Of a stretch of DNA of 64,000 nucleotides, positions 57,251-64,000 are shown piece after piece. Source of the DNA: Torpedo marmorata (Eukaryota); assembly GCA_977017645.1 (NCBI GenBank), contig OZ360247.1:12586001-12650000 (forward strand), given 5' to 3'. A program made the translations under genes and the position numbers. The stretch's first letter is position 1, and each line of letters starts with the position of its first letter. The notes below the pieces were generated by a model that searched no databases, had not been told where the DNA came from, and saw nothing but the letters and a program-made list of their open reading frames with translations.

Positions 57251-60200
57251 CTTTCTTTTTCAATCTTTTTTATTAATTTTTATAAGAAATATAATACAAT
57301 GAAGAAAAGGGAACAAAATTGAAAATACAATATCACATATGTATATATATATTAAAGTAAAACTTCAAACAGTATAAATTCGATCCCTCCTCCACTGCAA
57401 TAGATGACAATGAAAAAAAAAACCTAAAGTATTATATATATTAAAAAAAACACCTAACCTACACTAATAAAAAAAACAACTAACAAAAAAACAGCTGAGC
57501 AGCTTATCCTGAAGGTTATATATTTTCTCATTTTTGGTTCCTACCGTGAATCAAAAAACAAAGGAAGAGTAAATACATCTAATCACATTAGAAACACTTA
57601 CATCATATGAAAATAAGACATAAAAGGTCGCTATGTATCTTCAAATTTCACCGATGAATCAAATGCATGATATCTAATTTTTTCTAAGCTTAAACAAGAC
57701 ATAATATGAGAAAACCATTGAAACACTGTTGGAGATCTAGAGTCTTTCCATTTGAATAGGATGGCTCTTCTAGCCAACAATGTAGAGAAGGCCACAACCC
57801 GTTGAACAGGTACAGAAAAACTCCCTATGTCTGGGTCAATAACCCCGAAAAGAGCAGTTATTGGATTGGGTCGTAGCTCCACCTGGAGTATAGTTGAAAA
57901 GATATTAAAAATTTCTTTCCAGTAGTTTTCTAAGGAATGAACAAGACCAAAACATATGTGTCAATGTAGCAATTTCAGATTTGCATCTGTCACAAATAGG
58001 GTTAATATTAGAAAAAATACTAGCCAATTTCTCTTTGGACATGTGAACACGATGCACCACTTTGAATTGGATTAATGAATGTCGGGCACATATAGAAGAT
58101 ATATTTACCAATTTAAAAATCTTGTCCCATAGATCCTCAGAATAGGGTCTTGCAAGTTCCAGTTCCCAAGCCTTTTTAATCTTATCATGAAGTACTGGAC
58201 GTAATTTTAATAATCTATCATATATAATTCCAATTAATCCTTCCTGAGAAGGATTCAATTGAAAAATATTATCAACTAAATCTGATGGATATATAAATGG
58301 AAAATCCCGTAATATGATATTTAAGAAATTTCTAATCTGTAAATATCTAAAAAAATAAGTATTTGATAGGTCATATTTACTTGCAAGAAGGAAGAATATT
58401 TTCCAACCTGCTGGCTAGAATCTTAGAAAGAACCTTAAAATCTACATTCAACAAAGAAATTGGCCTATAGGAAGTACATTCAGTCAGATCTTTATCTTTT
58501 TTAGGAATCAATGAAATTGATGCTTCATAAAAGGTTGCCGGTAAGGTCCCTGAGAAAACTGAATTTTCAAATACTTTACATAGTTGAGGAATAAAGAAAT
58601 TAGTAAATGATTTTTAAAATTCCACCGTAAAGCCATCAGGACCTGGGGCCTTGCCAGATTGAAGAGAAAATATAGCTTGGGAAACTTCCGACTCTGAAAT
58701 TGGAGCTTCCAACAAGTTTTGATCTTCTGATGATACTTTATGAATATTCAACCATTGCAAAAATGTATCCATTAAAATAGAATTATCAGGAAATTCAGAT
58801 TTGTATAGATCTGAATAAAATTCCTGAAACACTTTATTAATTTCAGCATGATCAAAAGTAAAGTTTACATCCTTCTTACATATCTTTATGATTTGTCTTT
58901 TAGCTGCAGCTGCCTTCAGCTGACCAGCCAACAGCATACCTGATTTCTCTCCATGTACATAAAATTGAGATTTAAGTTTAAGTGGTTGATTCTCGATGGG
59001 GTAAGTTAATAATAAGTCATGCTGAGTTTGAAATTCTACTCTTTCCTTATAAACGTCCATACTAGGTGTCATAGAATATAATCTGTCAATCTCTTTAATT
59101 CTATTAGCAAGTAATATCAGTTCACTTTTGATACGTTTTCTAAGTCCAACAGAATAAGAAATTATTTGTGCTCGTAGAAATGATTTAAGTGCATCCCAAA
59201 TTACCAGATTGGACATTCCTTCTGTGGAATTTGTCTGAAAAAAGAAAGAAATCTGATCTTTAATAAAGCTAATGAATTTCTCATCCTGAAGCAGAGTAGA
59301 ATTGAACTCTGGAAGTAACACCAGAGAGTTCAATAGAAAGCTTTAAAGGTGCATGATCAGAAACCACGATTGCATCGTATTCACATTTCCCTATCGAAGG
59401 CACCAATCGTGTATCAATAAAAAAAAAATCTATTCTAGAGTAATTATGGTATACATGAGAAAAGAAAGAAAATTCCTTTTCCTTCGGGTGTAAAAATCTC
59501 CATATATCGACTAAACCATAGTCCAGCAGGAAAGAGTTAATATAACTGGCTGATTTATTTGGAAGTGTCTGAATGGAGGAGGACCTGTCAATCAGAGGAT
59601 TTAAGCAACAGTTAAAATCTCCACCCATAATCAGCACATATTCATTCAAATTAGGTAGGGAATTGAAAACCTTTTGAAAAAATTCAGGACAGTCGATATT
59701 AGGAGCATATATATTAACCATTACTACCTTCTTATTTCCCAATGAACCAGTAACTATTAAAAATCTTCCTGCTACATCAGATATTGTATTAAAATGTACA
59801 AATGGAATCAATAAAAATCGAGACACCTTGAGAAAGGGAATGGAATTGTAAACCCTTCCAAAATTAAAAAAAACGATATTCGTCCTTCTTGCGAATGTGC
59901 ATCTCCTGCGCAAAGATAATATCGGCCTGAAACCTTTTAATCATATTAAATACATTTTTGTGTTTAATAGGGTGATTGAGGCCGTTAAAATTCCAAGAAA
60001 TAAAATTAAATGTATTTATAGCCATATTAATATTAAGATTAACAAAATTAAAAAGGAAAGCTTGTCGCGCATGTACAAGCACATTCCCAAGAGGGCGATA
60101 GAGCACAGCATGAACCATAACAAAGACACAAATGATAAATTCCAAAACCATTCAAAGCTGCTCAGGGAAAAAAAAGCTTATACTAACTAACCCCACCCCC

Positions 60201-61588
60201 ACCCCCCAAAGCCCGAAAACTACCCAATAAGAGGGCAGCAAGCTAAAGCTACTCATCCCTTAACCCCTATCTCCAACTGGGAGCGCTCCAAACAAGAATT
60301 ATAAAGTTATGTTCGTTCTCACACATTATAGACAAAACAAACTGAGTTCTGCGTAGCAAGCCATCAAGCAACAAGATTAACTGTCCAGAAATTACAAGGT
60401 TGAAAAAAATGATCGCCATTTTACAAACCAAGTACAGTATCAACCGTTAATTAATTAATAAGAAAGATAACCAAAGGTAACAACCTGTAAAGTTAAACTA
60501 TATATATTTAAAAAAGGGGAGAAAACCCCTATTACTTTTTATTTAAGCAAAAAAAATATATAAAGAGAGAAAACATAAAGAAAGGAGTGAGTCAAAAAAT
60601 ATCTTTAGCCATAACATCTCATAACCAGGAAACAGTTCATGTAGATTGCTACGGTACTTCCAAGCTTGATCTGGAGTAGTAAACCATTTGGGGGAACAAT
60701 TCTTGGGGAAAATCTTCAAACGAGCAGGAAAAAGAAGAGAAGGACGAAGTTGTTTTTGATAGAGTTCAGACATGACTTCTTTAAATTTCATTCTCTCTGC
60801 CAAGACTTCAGAGCAGTAATCTTCCACAGTACGAATAGAGATATCACGAAATTTAAGCATACCTCGCCTACGAGCCTCTCTGATTATAGCTTCCTTTGTT
60901 TGAAAATAATGAAAGCAGAGAATAACAGGTCGAGGTTTAACTTCGGGTGGAGGTTTTGACCTCAGAGCACGATGTGCCCGATCCAAAATTGGAGGTTTAC
61001 TCAGCACTTCTTTAAACAAATCAAACAGCATGTCTGTGAAAAATTTAATCGAGTCGGAAGCTTCAATACCTTCAGGATACGTAAATTCTGTCTCCGATTT
61101 CTGCTATCTAAATCAATAACTTTATGTTTATATTTTTGCAAATCAGCTGCAGTCTCTCGAAAATGTTCTTCAAAGGCATTAATTCTTTTTTCCAAAGTGT
61201 CAATACGCTCCGAGTGATCTTGATAATCCATTGAAAGCTTGTTATATTTTTCTTCTAAGTCGTCAAAATGCCCTTGAAACTTTGTAATTTTTTGATCCAG
61301 TGCCTCATAACACATGTTCAAATTATCAATTTTCGCTTCCATTCTTGTAGGAATTTCTTCAACAGATTGCGAGGCTTCTGATTTAAACCCTTTTCTTCCA
61401 TTTTTCCCCTGTATTGGTTCAGGAACGGTCCTTCTTAACTCTGCCATTTAGAGGGAAATTTAAAAAATATTCCCAGAAAGAACAGCTTTTACAGATTAAA
61501 ATAGCTGTTAGGTAGTGGGAAAAAGGTTAGATGTTCAAGAGCAACACCAAAGACGTGTTACTCCATCGGCCACCAGCTGGAGACTCTC
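57251..61588 (-). mobile_element. Near full-length, degenerate L1-clade LINE (ORF1 + ORF2) with the RT core deleted
   Basis: ORF1 fragments 61447..60543 (LDRAHRALRSKP...PRPVILCFH, LLFPARLKI). ORF2 from 60025: APE motifs SWNFNGL, QEMH, NIYAPN, GGDFN, SRIDF, SDHAPL; RT start GKAPGPDGF, YRPISLLNVDFK; C-terminal CDRC...THMFWSC. T-rich tail near 57251; probable TSD ctcNttttctttt (57238-57250 and 61589-61601). Confidence 0.93.
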
Positions 61589-61689
61589 CTCTTTTTCTTT
61601 TACTCTTCGGTCCTGAGATGAACCATGCTCCACTCCAGGTCGCGAACTGTGGACAACGCTGGAGGAGTCTTTATTCCTTTATTCCTACT

Positions 61690-62166
61690 CTTTCACATAC
61701 AACCCCAAGATTATTTTTTCCGGCAGTCCAGACAGAATTTCTGCTGTAAACTGTACTCAAGAAGAAAGAAATGAAAACAAACTGAGCAAATACAGAAATA
61801 TTCAGTAATAAATGATGAGCAAGGTAAGAGTCCTTGAATGAGTCCCTGATTGAGTTTGTTGCCTGAACCACCAGGTTCAGGAACAGCTGCTACTCCTGCA
61901 CCATCAGACTTCTCAACAACAAACTCAATCAGGGACTCATTTAAGGACTCTTACTTGTGCACTTTATTGATTTTCTTTTCTCTCTGTATTCTCACAGTCA
62001 GTTTGTTTACATTTCTTTACATGTATACGCTATGTACAGTTTTTTTTTTGCACTACTGATAAGTGGTACTTCTGCCTCGCCCGCAGGAGAAAGAATCTCA
62101 GGGTTGTATGTGATTTCATGTATGTACTCTGACAATAAATAAATAAATCTGAAATCTGAAATCTGA
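61690..62166. mobile_element. Inverted pair of Rex1-type 3' ends
   Basis: gagtccttgaatgagtccctgattgagtttgttg and caacaaactcaatcagggactcatttaaggactc are reverse complements; (atctgaa)n tail at 62147-62166. Confidence 0.65.
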
Positions 62167-62168
62167 GT

Positions 62169-62547
62169 TGTTGGTAAGGTGCGCACCACATAGGGATTGG
62201 GGCTGTTGTACATTAGTGTTGTAGATAGCATTGGAGCCGTACATTAGACAAGCAATGGCGGGTAGCATATTGTAATCCTTGGTTGCTATAACTCTGTACA
62301 CAGTTGCTAGTATCGGTAGTGTTAAGTCCAACGTGACTGGGTTTTACTGTTATTGTTTGCTACTATCGGTAGTGTTGAGTCCGATGTGACAGATTATACT
62401 GTGTTGTGTGATTGAGAGTACTAGTGTGTGTTATCCCTGTTGCGATCCCCTTACATGTGTTTTAATAAAGATCCTTCCTGTGTTCAGCCTGTGTCCAGAC
62501 TCGTTGCTCTTTGAACCCATCGAACTTCTTTCCCTTCCCACACAACA
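62169..62547 (+). mobile_element. Probable solo LTR
   Basis: TGTTG...CAACA inverted termini, internal AATAAA near 62465, about 380 bp; no TSD seen. Confidence 0.45.
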
Positions 62548-62674
62548 GGCAGGTAGAATGATGCCCCAAACAATGCTATCGTGCTGCCCTTGCTTTGTAC
62601 TAATTGATCTTTATTTTTCATTGCATCTCCATACCCTGTAAAAAATTGTTCTCTTCTACTTTATATGGCTGGAA

Positions 62675-63734
62675 GTAAAACACGAAAATCTGTAGACACC
62701 GTGGTTGAAGTAAAAAACACAAATGCTGGAGAAACTCAGCAGGTCAAACACTGTCTTTTATGTAGCAAAGGTAGAAATACATAACCGAAGTTTCGGGCTT
62801 GAGCCCTTCATCAAAGTATGAGAAAATGCTGGCAGGCGTCTGAACAAAAGAGTAGGGGGGGAGGGGGGGTGGCAAAGGCAGGAGATGATATGTGGAGAAA
62901 GAAGGGAGGGGACAGCAGCAAAGAGGGGGAGGAGGGATGGCTGGGTGGGTGGAAAAAAAACAGGAAGGACAGGTGAGGGGGGAGGGGAAGGAAACGACAA
63001 GCAGGTTTAGTGGAAAGCAGAAAAGTCAATGTTAATGCCATCTGGCTGGAGAGTGCCTAGATGGAAAATGAGATGTTGTTCCTCCAATTTGTGGGTAGTC
63101 TGGGTGGGATAGTACATAAGGCCATGGACAGACATGTGAGTGTGGGAGTGTGACCCGGAATTGAAATGGTTGGCTACTGGGAGGTCGCTGTTGTTGCGGA
63201 CGGAGAGGAGGTGCTCAGCAAAGCGATCTCCCAATCTATGACCGGTCTCTCCGATGTAGAGAAAGCCACAAAGGGAGCACCGGATGCAGTAAATAAGTTC
63301 TCTGGACGTACAAGTGAAGTGTAATTTCACTTGGAAGGCCTGTTTGGGGCCCCGGACTGTGGTGAGGGGAAAGGTGTGGGCGCAGGTGTTGCACCTCCTG
63401 CGGGCACAGGGGAAGGTGCCGGGGGTGCGATGGGTGGGGAGTGATGAGTGCACAAGGGAATTGCGGAGGGAGCAGTCCCTATGGAAGGCCGAGAGGGGAG
63501 GAGAAGGAAAAATGTGTCTGGTGGTGGGATCCTGTAGTAATTGCCGGAAATTCCGGCGGATAATGTGTTGGATGCGGAGACTGATGGGGTGGTAGGTGAG
63601 GATAAGGGGAATTCTATGTTTGTTGCGTCTGGGGGCAGAGGGGGCCAGGGCAGATGAGCGGTAAATGGAGGAGATGCGGGTGAGGGCTGAGTTGATGGTG
63701 GTGGAGGGGAAGCCACATTTGTGGAAAAAGGCAG
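62675..63734 (-). mobile_element. Penelope-like element 3' fragment, same family as 20186-20841
   Basis: ORF 63007..63453 (PGTFPCARRRCNTC...FTCTSRELIYCIRCSLCGFLYIGETG) has the CCHH linker and GIY-YIG; tail is near-identical to the 20.2-kb copy. Confidence 0.9.
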
Positions 63735-64000
63735 TGTTACAAAATCAAACCAGCAACGACAGAAGACGCAATGCAAAAGGGGTAAAATTAAAATTTATAT
63801 TTATTAAAGACAATTAAACATATAATTTCACAACAATTAACCCCACTATAAACGTCTATAAACACTATTCTTATCTAAAAGGTGTGTGTGTAAAGCCCAG
63901 TCCATTACAGTCTGTGCCAAACCCTCATGTAAAAATGGAAAAACTTTCCACAAAAACCCCAGGTCAGTCATAAAAACAAGTCAGTCAAAAAAAAGAATAA

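Overview
Vertebrate genomic DNA from a gapped draft assembly (six N-gaps, most abutting microsatellites). The repeat landscape (HE1/V-SINEs, Deu-domain SINEs, Penelope-like elements, CR1, Rex1, L1) suggests a cartilaginous fish, probably a ray or skate (inference). One protein-coding gene is supported: a Polycomb PRC1 RING gene on the + strand, with nine GT-AG coding exons from 28561 to 45211 (972 nt, 323 aa). The ORF track mostly misses it. It is best called PCGF2 (Mel-18) but keeps many BMI1-type residues. A CpG-rich promoter is likely near 18.1-19.4 kb. The rest is mainly transposable elements. The most notable non-genic signals are: short Penelope-derived insertions carrying a minimal hammerhead-ribozyme core, several as fold-back palindromes with target-site duplications (TSDs); a composite two-MITE transposon with one outer TSD; a ~450-bp near-perfect palindrome upstream of the promoter; a near-intact tRNA-Thr(TGT)-headed retroposon; an internally deleted Chapaev3-type transposon; and a speculative divergent spliced transcript. 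No CRISPR or prokaryote-type system is present. All family assignments come from remembered consensus motifs; no database search was run.
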